DNA of 64,000 nt. Origin: Burkholderiales bacterium. Lineage in GTDB: Bacteria; Pseudomonadota; Gammaproteobacteria; Burkholderiales; Burkholderiaceae_F. Shown piece by piece: positions 27,963-36,041 of this stretch. The position numbers and the translations under genes are program-made. The notes beneath the pieces were generated by a model. That model searched no databases. It saw nothing but the letters and a program-made list of their open reading frames with translations, and was not told the DNA's origin. Position 1 is the first letter of the stretch, and each line of letters starts with the position of its first letter. Where the stretch lies: positions 12,857 through 76,856 of the forward strand of contig JADCGS010000021.1 in assembly GCA_020248865.1 (NCBI GenBank), read 5' to 3'.

Positions 27963-28684
27963 ACGGTTGCCTGCGCCGAGAATGCGCGGTGCACGGTTTC
28001 GGTGTCGATGCGGCCTGCGGCAGGCGCCGCAAACTCGTCCACCAGCCGCCCGCCGCGCAGCAGACCGATACGGTCCACCACCTGGCAGGCCCCGTAGACA
28101 TCGTGCGTCACCATCAGGATCGCTTTGCCTGCGGCGGCCAGCCCACGCACGAGGTCATGAAACTCGTCGATGGCCATGGGATCGAGCCCGGAGGTCGGCT
28201 CGTCGAGCAGCAATATGTCCGTGTCGCGCAGGATCGCCAGGGCGATGGCCACCTTCTGGCGCATGCCCTTGGAGTAGTTGCGCAACCGGGTGGCGCGCGC
28301 CTCCACACTCAGGCCGACACGGTCCAACGACGCGTCGATGTCGGCCGCAGCGCACTGCGTGCCGGCCAGTTGCAGGAAGTAGCGCAGGTTCTCGCGGGCA
28401 TTGAGGTGGTCGTACAGCGACGCGGCCTCGGGGAGATAGGCAATGGCACGCCGCGCAGCGGCGAGGTCGGCACCGACGTCCAGACCGTTGACCCGCGCGC
28501 ACCCGCCGTCGACGGGTACCAGACCCAGGAAGGCGGACAGCGTGGTGGACTTGCCCGCGCCGTTGCCGCCCAGCAGCCCGTAGATCTCGCCGCGGGCAAC
28601 GGCGAAGCTGATGTCCGCCAGCACCTGCTTGCCGCCCCGCTGCACGCGCAGCCGTTCGGCCTGCAGCCTGGTCGCGGGCGCCAC
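27959..28684 (-). CDS. ABC transporter ATP-binding protein
   Basis: GTG 28684, 1 nt after the receptor stop. Walker A GLLGGNGAGKST, signature YSKGMRQKVAIA, Walker B ILLLDEPTSGLD. Confidence 0.85.
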   Translation of the reverse strand: MAPATRLQAERLRVQRGGKQVLADISFAVARGEIYGLLGGNGAGKSTTLSAFLGLVPVDGGCARVNGLDVGADLAAARRAIAYLPEAASLYDHLNARENLRYFLQLAGTQCAAADIDASLDRVGLSVEARATRLRNYSKGMRQKVAIALAILRDTDILLLDEPTSGLDPMAIDEFHDLVRGLAAAGKAILMVTHDVYGACQVVDRIGLLRGGRLVDEFAAPAAGRIDTETVHRAFSAQATV

Positions 28685-28685
28685 T

Positions 28686-30812
28686 TCAGAACCTGTACGT
28701 GGCCGACACCCGGACACTGCGCGGCGTACCCGGCTGAACCCACAGCGCCGAGAACGAGTTGGTGTAGTAGGTCTCGTCGAAGAGGTTGTCGATGTCCAGG
28801 CGCAACGTCGTCGCCCGCGTCGCCTCGTAGGCGGCAAAGGCCCGCACCACCGTGTAGGCCGGCAGCCGGAAGCGGGTGGTGAACTCGCCCGACCGCTCGC
28901 CCACGTGGAGCAGGCCGCCGCCAAGCTGTAGACCGCGCCCGGCCACCGGCATCGACTGCACGAGCTGCAGGCTCAGGCTGTGCTTGGGTATGTTCAGCAA
29001 GCGGGTACCGGCAGGCACCGGCACGCCGAAGTTGGCATCGTTGAAGGCATTGGACGTCTTGGCGTCGATGTACGCATACGACATCCACAGACTCAACCCG
29101 GCGGCGATCTCGCCCTGCAGATCGATCTCGACGCCCCGGCTCCTGGCCTTGCCGATCGCCGCCAGCGTGAGGGCGCCGGGGTCATCGACCACCAGGATGT
29201 TCGATTGCCGGACCTGGAAAACGGCCACCGTGCCGTCGATGCCGCCGAACGAAAACTTGGCCCCGGCCTCCACCGACCTGGACTGGTTGGGCTCGAAGCC
29301 ATTTCCGCGTGCATCGGTGCCCGACAGCGGGCGGAAGTTCTCGCCGTAGGCGGCGTAGAACGCCAGCGCTGTGCCGGCCCGGTACACGAGGCCGACCTGC
29401 GGGCTCAAGCGCGTCTCGGTTTGCGTCACCGTCCGGTTGGCGGCCCGGTCCCTGAGCGTCTGCTCGTATTCGTCGTAGCGGGCACCCAGGCGCAGTTGCA
29501 CCCGCTCACCCAGGTCGATCTGATCCTGGACGAATACGCCCTCGGACTTCTGGGTCTCGACGCGGTTGGTCAGCGGCGTGGGCGTCGGCAGCGGATAGCT
29601 GCCGTACACCGGCTCGAAGATATCGATGGCCTGTTGCTGCCGCCGTGTCGGATTGCCGGCCAGCGTGGGGGCACGGGCGCGCAGGAAGACCTGGTCGTTC
29701 TCGAAGCGGTCGGCATCGGCACCGACGATCAGCCGGTGCTGCAGCCCGGCCAGTTGAAACCGGCCGTTGACTTCGGCGCGGATCACCTCATAGGACGCGT
29801 CGTAGTCGCGGAACCGGCGTTGTCGTGTCAGCGTCCGGCCGTCCACCAGCAACTGCTGTCGGTTCACGGCCAGTTCCGCCTCGGTCGAGAAGCCTTCGAG
29901 CGAGGTCCGCCGCGTCGTAAAGCCCGCCAGCGCAGTCCAGTTCCTGCTGAAGTCGTGCTCGATCTCGATCTGGTGGCCCTGCACGTCTGCCTTGATGGGA
30001 CCGTCGCCCGGCTCGCCGAGGAAGCGGCTTTGAGGGATGCGGCCGAGCTGTCCATTGACGGCCACCACACCGCGGTCGAACGGAATCTCCTGGTGGCTGA
30101 GCTCCAGCTCGTAAGCCAGCCGGGTCTGGGGGCTCAAGCGCCAGGCGATCGACGGACTGGCGCCATATTTGCGGGTCACCACGGTGTCGCGGAAGCTGTC
30201 TGCGTCCTCGGAGAATCCGACCAGACGCACGGCCACGGTGTCGGACAAGGGAGCCGTCCAATCGGCATCGGCGCGGTAGGTCTCGAAGCTGCCGGCCGAC
30301 ACGCGGAACTCGCCGGCCGTCTTGAAGGTAGGCCGCTTGGTCACCAGGTTGATCGTGCCGCCCGGCTCGCCGCGCCCATACAGTGCCGCGCGCGGGCCCT
30401 TCAGCACCTCGATCGACTCGATTCCCGACAGATCGCGCGGCCCACCGAAGCCCCGTCCGGCATTGAAGCCATTCACGAGGTAGTTGCTGGGCAGGTTCTC
30501 GTCCCCGACGAAACCCCGCAGCGCAAAGGCGTTCCACAGCCCGCCAAAGTTGTTCTGCCGCGCCACCGACGCCGACAGGTCCAGTGCCTGCGTGAGGTCT
30601 ACGGCACCCGAGGCGCGCAACGTTTCCGCGTCGATGGACTGCTCGGCCTGCGGCGTCTCGAGACGCCCAAAACTGCCCCGGTAGGCCTGGCGCGCTCCAG
30701 TGACGGTGACCGTCTCGAGCTGCGTGTCCTGACTCGATTGCTGGGCCAACGCGGTCGGCGGCAGGGAGGATGCAGACAGGACAACCAGGGCAGCGAGCGG
30801 GTGGCGTTTCAA
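28686..30812 (-). CDS. TonB-dependent (siderophore-type) outer-membrane receptor
   Basis: Plug and barrel sequence (QLETVTVTGARQ ..., C-terminus VRVSATYRF). Start is TTG 30812 (KRHPLAALVVLSASSLPPTALA/QQ signal) or ATG 30878. The predicted -10 box overlaps ATG 30878, which favours 30812. Confidence 0.88.
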   Translation of the reverse strand: MKRHPLAALVVLSASSLPPTALAQQSSQDTQLETVTVTGARQAYRGSFGRLETPQAEQSIDAETLRASGAVDLTQALDLSASVARQNNFGGLWNAFALRGFVGDENLPSNYLVNGFNAGRGFGGPRDLSGIESIEVLKGPRAALYGRGEPGGTINLVTKRPTFKTAGEFRVSAGSFETYRADADWTAPLSDTVAVRLVGFSEDADSFRDTVVTRKYGASPSIAWRLSPQTRLAYELELSHQEIPFDRGVVAVNGQLGRIPQSRFLGEPGDGPIKADVQGHQIEIEHDFSRNWTALAGFTTRRTSLEGFSTEAELAVNRQQLLVDGRTLTRQRRFRDYDASYEVIRAEVNGRFQLAGLQHRLIVGADADRFENDQVFLRARAPTLAGNPTRRQQQAIDIFEPVYGSYPLPTPTPLTNRVETQKSEGVFVQDQIDLGERVQLRLGARYDEYEQTLRDRAANRTVTQTETRLSPQVGLVYRAGTALAFYAAYGENFRPLSGTDARGNGFEPNQSRSVEAGAKFSFGGIDGTVAVFQVRQSNILVVDDPGALTLAAIGKARSRGVEIDLQGEIAAGLSLWMSYAYIDAKTSNAFNDANFGVPVPAGTRLLNIPKHSLSLQLVQSMPVAGRGLQLGGGLLHVGERSGEFTTRFRLPAYTVVRAFAAYEATRATTLRLDIDNLFDETYYTNSFSALWVQPGTPRSVRVSATYRF

Positions 30813-30876
30813 TTGGGCTCTCGAAGGGTGTGGGCAGCGGGCAGCGGGCGCACCGGCGACCGGCGACGACCCGGAC

Positions 30877-30905
30877 ATTTAATGATAACGCCCTCTTATT
30901 TGCAA
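30877..30905 (-). promoter_or_regulatory. Putative sigma70-type promoter with an embedded Fur-box-like half site, in an AT-rich patch
   Basis: Minus strand reads TTGCAA-17 nt-TTAAAT. The spacer contains GTTATCATT (plus strand AATGATAAC, 8/8 to the AATGATAA core of the Fur consensus, but only 9/19 overall). This is the only AT-rich patch in the area. Confidence 0.4.
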
Positions 30906-30978
30906 AAACGAGTCCGTCGGTCCGGGCCCGGCCGATGCCCCGACCGGGCGGGCCCACCCGGACAGCCCGAGCGCGCGG

Positions 30979-31079
30979 TCGGCGCGGGCCCATCGATTGA
31001 CGAGGTGAGCCGACCACAGTCGCGCTGGCGTGCGGCGCGCTGCGTCGGCGCAGCCCCATCGATTGACGCGGTGAGCCGA
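30979..31079. repeat. Two ~35-bp direct repeats (GTCGGCGCnGnCCCATCGATTGACGnGGTGAGCCGA), 66 bp apart
   Basis: Copies at 30979-31013 and 31045-31079. The 25-nt cores (30989-31013 and 31055-31079) match 24/25. Confidence 0.85.
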
Positions 31080-31309
31080 TGCATGGACAGCCCGAGCACG
31101 CACGGTCGGCGCGCGTCGCCTTGCCGGGCGGTCGGCGCGTGCGGCACGGCAACCGGGCGAGCTCGCCCCCCCCTCCCGCCCATGCAGCAGCGCTGCACGC
31201 ACGGCGGGCGCGAGGCGGCGTCAGCGCGCGAGGCGCCGGAGCCGCCCGGCCATGCAGATCCGGCAGTGGCGTCGCCACGGCGCGGCGGCGCAGCGGCCGG
31301 ACCGGCGCG

Positions 31310-33088
31310 CTACGCCGGCCCGGGACGCAAGGCTTGCAGGGAGGCCAGCGTATCGGCCTCGTGCAGCGGCTTGTCGGTGCGCCAGCGCAGCATTCGCGGA
31401 AACCGGACCGCGATGCCGCTCTTGTGCCGCGCGCTGGCCTGGATGCCTTCGAAGCCGAGTTCGAACACCAGCGTCGGCACCACCGTGCGCACCGGGCCGA
31501 ACTTCTCCAGCGTCGCGCGGCGCAGCAACGCGTCGACCTGGCGGATTTCGGCGTCCGTCAGTCCCGAGTAGGCCTTGGCAAACGGCACCAGCACCGGCAG
31601 GCCGGCATTGCGCAAGGCCGGCGGCGCCTGCCCCGCGGCCACGCCGTCGACGTAGCGCTGCGCTTCGGCGGCGTCGGCCGGCGCGCGGTCCCACACGGCA
31701 AAGGTGTAGTCGGTGTAAAGGCTGGCGCGGCGACCGTGGCCGCGCTGCGCGTAGACCAGCACCGCGTCCACGCGCAGCGGCTCGATCTTCCACTTCCACC
31801 ACAGGCCCGCCTCGCGCGTGCGGCCCACCCCGTAGCGCGCGTCGTGGCGCTTGAGCATGAAGCCCTCGACCTGGCGCGCGCGGCTGTGCTCGCGCAGCGC
31901 GGCCAGCGCCGGCCAGTCGGGCGCGCTGACCCGCGGCGACAGGCGCAGGGCTGCGGCCGGGCACTCGGCGCTCGCCGGCCCGGTGCCGGTCGCTGCGGCC
32001 TCCAGAAGGCCCTCCAGGCGCAGGCGGCGTTCCGACTGCGGCAGGCCGCGCTGGTCCTGGCCGTCGCGCTCCAGCAGGTCGTAGGCCACGAACACCGCGG
32101 GCGTGGACCGCAGCAGCTTGGCCGTGACGGTGCGGCGCGTGATGCGCGTCTGCACGCGCGCGAAAGGCGCAGGGTGCGCCGCGTCGGCGTCCCACACCAG
32201 CACCTCGCCGTCGAGCACCGTGCCGGGCGGCAGTTGCGCGGCGGCGCGCACGATTTCCGGAAAGCGCTCGGTGATCAGTTCCTCGCCGCGCGACCACAGC
32301 CAGGTCTGCGCGCCCTGCCCGCCACACCGCCGCACCAGTTGCGCGCGGATGCCGTCGTACTTCCACTCCACCAGCCAGTCGGCCGGCGCGCCCAGTGCAG
32401 CCGGCAGTTCCGCGGGCGGCAGGCTGAGCGACTGCGCGAGGAAGAACGGGTACGGCGTGCCGCCGACGGGTGCGGCGGGATCGGCGGGATCGGCGGCCGG
32501 GGGAGCCACCAGCGCCGCAAAGCGCGCGGCGGTGGGCGGCTGCGCGGCGTCGGTGTAGCCCACCATGCGCTGCGCCACCGCCTTGGGGTCCAGACCGGCA
32601 TGCTGCGCCAGCGCGCGCGTGACCAGCAGGCGGCTGACCCCGACCCGAAAGCCGCCGCCGATCAGCTTGATCAGCAGAAAGCGTGCGCCGCCGTCGAGTT
32701 CGTCCATGTACTGCGTCAGGTGCGCCAGCACCTGCGCCGGCGGCAGACCGCGCAGGGGCAGCAGCCGCTGCTCCACCCAGTCGGCCAGGCTGAGGTCGCT
32801 GCGGCGCGTCGGCGGCGGCAGCAGGTGGGCGATGGTCTCGGCCAGATCGCCCACGGCCTGGTAGCTCTCCTCGAACAGCCACGCCGGCACGCCGGTCGCC
32901 GTCACCGCAAACTCGCGCAGCGCCCGCGAGTTGACCGCCGCGCGCGGCTTGCCGCCGGCCAGGAAGTAGGTGGCCCAGGCCGCATCGCGCGCGGCGGCCT
33001 GCGCGTAGTACTGCGCCAGCGCCTCGACCTTGGCGGTGGTCGCGGTGCTGGCGTCGAGCGCGGCGAACAGGGCAGCAAACTCACGCAT
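31310..33088 (-). CDS. ATP-dependent DNA ligase (ligase-associated DNA damage response type)
   Basis: Start at ATG 33088 (MREFAALFAALDAS..). Adenylation motif EWKYDGIRAQL. OB-fold-like C-terminus. Confidence 0.9.
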   Translation of the reverse strand: MREFAALFAALDASTATTAKVEALAQYYAQAAARDAAWATYFLAGGKPRAAVNSRALREFAVTATGVPAWLFEESYQAVGDLAETIAHLLPPPTRRSDLSLADWVEQRLLPLRGLPPAQVLAHLTQYMDELDGGARFLLIKLIGGGFRVGVSRLLVTRALAQHAGLDPKAVAQRMVGYTDAAQPPTAARFAALVAPPAADPADPAAPVGGTPYPFFLAQSLSLPPAELPAALGAPADWLVEWKYDGIRAQLVRRCGGQGAQTWLWSRGEELITERFPEIVRAAAQLPPGTVLDGEVLVWDADAAHPAPFARVQTRITRRTVTAKLLRSTPAVFVAYDLLERDGQDQRGLPQSERRLRLEGLLEAAATGTGPASAECPAAALRLSPRVSAPDWPALAALREHSRARQVEGFMLKRHDARYGVGRTREAGLWWKWKIEPLRVDAVLVYAQRGHGRRASLYTDYTFAVWDRAPADAAEAQRYVDGVAAGQAPPALRNAGLPVLVPFAKAYSGLTDAEIRQVDALLRRATLEKFGPVRTVVPTLVFELGFEGIQASARHKSGIAVRFPRMLRWRTDKPLHEADTLASLQALRPGPA

Positions 33089-33110
33089 GCCGCCATTGTC
33101 GCGGAGCGTG

Positions 33111-33210
33111 GGCTCGAACGCGACGCAGGTGGTCTCCGGCTCCAGCTTGTAGTCGCCCGACACCACCCACGCGCTGCCCTGCGCCTGGGTGCGCACCTGG
33201 GCCGAGCCGC
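33111..33210 (-). pseudogene. 100-bp relic of the beta-CASP exonuclease gene (internal fragment), in frame upstream of the ligase start
   Basis: 89/100 nt identical to 34719-34818. It encodes GSAQVRTQAQGSAWVVSGDYKLEPETTCVAFEP, against GSAQVRIEAQGSVWVVSGDYKLEPEATCAAFEP in the intact gene. Confidence 0.65.
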
Positions 33211-33582
33211 ACCGCTCGAACTTGGTCGCTTCGTTGACCAAGATCTGCAGCGCCTCGCCTCGCGCAGGGCGGAAGGTGCCGCCCCGGCGAGGCGCGCTGC
33301 CGCGCTGGTGGAAGACACGGGCCAGACCTGGCTGGCCGAGCTGGACGCCGACAGCGCGGAGGCGCGCATGCTGCGGCCGCTGCCGGCGGCGGCCACCACG
33401 CACCCCATGACCTTCGGCCCCGCGCCGGGCAGAAGGTGCTGCACGACGCGGGGCCTGCGCGCCGAGCAAGATCCACGACCCGCCGCCTGCGCGCGCCGCG
33501 CGCACGCAGCCCGCTGGCCGCTGGCCGCTACGGCATACGCCACCCGCCGGGGCTGTCCGCTGGCCGCGGGTACTCCGGTTCG

Positions 33583-34008
33583 CTACACGGTGTAGCGCTC
33601 GGTCCAGCTCGCCGGAAACCGCAGGCCGTTGGCGTACACGTAGCGGATGATCTGGCCGTGGTGTTGGACTTCGTGCTCGAGCAGATCGAGCGCGAGCGCC
33701 TGCTGGCCGTCGGCCAGGCCGTCGAAGTCCAGGTCGGCAAAGTCCTGGCGCGTGCGGGCCAGAGCAGCCAGGACCGCGTCCTTGCGCCGCGGTTCGGCGA
33801 GGCTGCAACCGAACCCCTGCCAGCGCCCACCGCGCAGCGCCCGCGCATAGCTCTCGCGCGCACCTACCACGCACCACAGTTGTCCGGCCAGCCGGTTCGA
33901 TGGCAGGCCCGCCAGGTCGAGAGCCAGCGCCGTCTCATCCAGGTGCGCGACCAGGTCCTCGGTCAGGGCAAACGCGCGCAGGATCCGCTGCTTGAGGAGT
34001 GTGTCCAT
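33583..34008 (-). CDS. DinB/YfiT-like (damage-inducible, four-helix-bundle metalloenzyme) family protein
   Basis: Start at ATG 34008 (MDTLLKQRILRAF..), 16 nt after the exonuclease stop. His-rich helix LLEHEVQHHGQI. Confidence 0.7.
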   Translation of the reverse strand: MDTLLKQRILRAFALTEDLVAHLDETALALDLAGLPSNRLAGQLWCVVGARESYARALRGGRWQGFGCSLAEPRRKDAVLAALARTRQDFADLDFDGLADGQQALALDLLEHEVQHHGQIIRYVYANGLRFPASWTERYTV

Positions 34009-34024
34009 CCAGGTCCCCCGGGCC

Positions 34025-35089
34025 TTACTCGCTGTCCGCCGGCACGGCGGCAGGCTGTACCGGGGCGACCTCGGCCGCGGCGCTGTCGTCGGCGCTGTCG
34101 TCGGCATGCTCGTCGCCGTACTCGGTCTCGAACGACTCCGCCTGCAAGCCCTGCTCGCGCAGCCAGCGCACCATCACCGGCACATAGCCGTGGGTGACGA
34201 TGACGCGCCGGGCGCCGCAGGCCGCGATGGCCTGCTGCAGTCCGGGCCAGTCGGCGTGATCGCTCAGCACGAAGCCGCGGTCGAGCGCGCGGCGCCGGCG
34301 CGCGCCGCGCAGTTGCATCCAGCCCGAGGCGAAGGCGTCCGAGTACGCGCCGAAACGCTTCATCCAAGGTGAGCCGGCGGCCGACGGGGGCGCCAGCACG
34401 AGGGCATGCTTGAAGTCGGCCGGGTCGGCCACCTCGGAGACGCACCGCATCGGCGGCAGCGCCACCCCGCTGGCGGCGTACGCCTCGTTCAGCGGCGCCA
34501 CCGCACCGTGCACGACGATCGGCCCGATCGCGGCGTCGACCGCGGCGGCGATCCGCTGCGCCTTGCCGAAGGCGTAGCAGAACAGCACGCTGGCGCGCCC
34601 GGCCGCGGCGTTGGCGGCCCACCAGGCGTCGACGGCGGCCATGACCTCGTGCTGTGGCGGCCAGCGGTACACCGGCAGGCCGAAGGTCGATTCGGTGATG
34701 AAGGTGTCGCAGGGCACCGGCTCGAATGCGGCACAGGTCGCCTCCGGCTCCAGCTTGTAGTCGCCCGACACCACCCACACGCTGCCCTGCGCCTCGATAC
34801 GCACCTGCGCCGAGCCGAGCACGTGGCCGGCCGGGTGCAGCGACACGCGCGCCGCGCCGATGGTCAGCGGCTGGCCATACGCCACCGTCTGCAGCCGGAT
34901 CTGGCCCAGCCGCGCGCGCAGCACGTGGCGCGCGTCGTGCGCGGCAAGGTAGTCGCCGTGGCCCGTGCGCGCGTGGTCGGCGTGGGCGTGCGTGACGACC
35001 GCGCGCGCCACCGGCCGCCAGGGGTCGATGAAGAAGTCGCCGGCCGGGCAGTACAGCCCTTCCGGCCGCCGGATCACGAGGTCGGTCAT
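34025..35089 (-). CDS. Ligase-associated DNA damage response exonuclease (MBL / beta-CASP)
   Basis: Start at ATG 35089 (MTDLVIRRPEGLYCPAGDFFIDPW). VVTHAHADHA motif. ..FITESTFG.., ..VLSDHADW.. 354 aa. Confidence 0.9.
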   Translation of the reverse strand: MTDLVIRRPEGLYCPAGDFFIDPWRPVARAVVTHAHADHARTGHGDYLAAHDARHVLRARLGQIRLQTVAYGQPLTIGAARVSLHPAGHVLGSAQVRIEAQGSVWVVSGDYKLEPEATCAAFEPVPCDTFITESTFGLPVYRWPPQHEVMAAVDAWWAANAAAGRASVLFCYAFGKAQRIAAAVDAAIGPIVVHGAVAPLNEAYAASGVALPPMRCVSEVADPADFKHALVLAPPSAAGSPWMKRFGAYSDAFASGWMQLRGARRRRALDRGFVLSDHADWPGLQQAIAACGARRVIVTHGYVPVMVRWLREQGLQAESFETEYGDEHADDSADDSAAAEVAPVQPAAVPADSE

Positions 35090-35163
35090 GGCAGCGGTCG
35101 GGCGGGCCGCGGCGTGGACGGGCAAGCCGGCCCCGGTCGGCCCGCGGTCGAGCCCCGGGCGCC

Positions 35164-36009
35164 CTACTCCCGCCCGCGCACCGTTTCGGTGGACCGGTAG
35201 AACACGTACGCGGCCCCCACGCCCGCCGACCAGTTGGCGCGCTTGCGGATCAGCGGGCTGTCCTCGAACGCGGCGCCCTGGATGAGGTCGGCACCGACGA
35301 AGCCGAACAGCCGCCAGTTGCCGACGAAGCGGGTGGCGTTGGCCGACAGGTCCCAGCCGGAGTAGCCGGCGCCCGGCCGGTACGCGGGTCGCCCGGCGAC
35401 GGCGAACTGCGGTTCCACGCCGTAGTAGAAGCGGTGGTAATCGGCGGTGGCAAACACCGGGCCGGTGCTCACGCGCAGTTGCGCACCGCCGGCCCAGGCC
35501 ACGTTGCGGAAAGTGGCGCGCAGTTGCGGTGCAAACACCGCGCCCACGTAGTCGAGCCCGCCGTCCACCGCAAAGGCCGCGCGCACCGGCAGGCGCAGGT
35601 CCAGCTCGTTGCGGCCGCCATTCCACTCGGCCAGGTCGATGTTCATCGCCGGACCTGCTTCGACGACCCAGTCGATCTCGGGCATGCCGCGGCGGGCGGT
35701 GTTGCGGTCGCTGCTGACCGGCAGGCCGAGGCCGCCGCTGATGTTGAACTGCAGCCGCTCGCCTTCGATCAGGCGCGCGCGCAAGCCGTCGCGGTCGGCC
35801 CGCAGCACGTCGCCGCGGTACACGAGGTACGGGACCACGAAGCCGCGGCCACGCATCTGGTCGGCGCCGCGGTAATCGGGCGCGTAGAGCGCAACCGTCG
35901 ACAGGCCGGCTTCCCAGCGCGGCAGGCCTACGGTCGAGCCCTGGGCGGCGGCGCTGCCGGCCACGGTGCCGGCCGCCAGGACGGCCAGGAGGTGAGGTTT
36001 GATCGACAA
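35164..36009 (-). CDS. mipA: MipA/OmpV-family outer-membrane protein
   Basis: TTG 36009 preceded by GGAG at 6-nt spacing. Signal peptide SIKPHLLAVLAAGTVAGSAAAQ. MipA-like beta-barrel sequence (YAPDYRGAD..VVPYLVYRGD..). Confidence 0.75.
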   Translation of the reverse strand: MSIKPHLLAVLAAGTVAGSAAAQGSTVGLPRWEAGLSTVALYAPDYRGADQMRGRGFVVPYLVYRGDVLRADRDGLRARLIEGERLQFNISGGLGLPVSSDRNTARRGMPEIDWVVEAGPAMNIDLAEWNGGRNELDLRLPVRAAFAVDGGLDYVGAVFAPQLRATFRNVAWAGGAQLRVSTGPVFATADYHRFYYGVEPQFAVAGRPAYRPGAGYSGWDLSANATRFVGNWRLFGFVGADLIQGAAFEDSPLIRKRANWSAGVGAAYVFYRSTETVRGRE

Positions 36010-36041
36010 GCGGAACTCCTGCAGCAGGTTGAAAAACGGGT

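Noticed and set aside
30878-30908. Canonical 19-bp Fur box.
   Set aside because: Only the AATGATAA core matches, about 9/19 to GATAATGATAATCATTATC. It is kept as a low-confidence Fur-like half site within the promoter feature, not as a confirmed Fur box.
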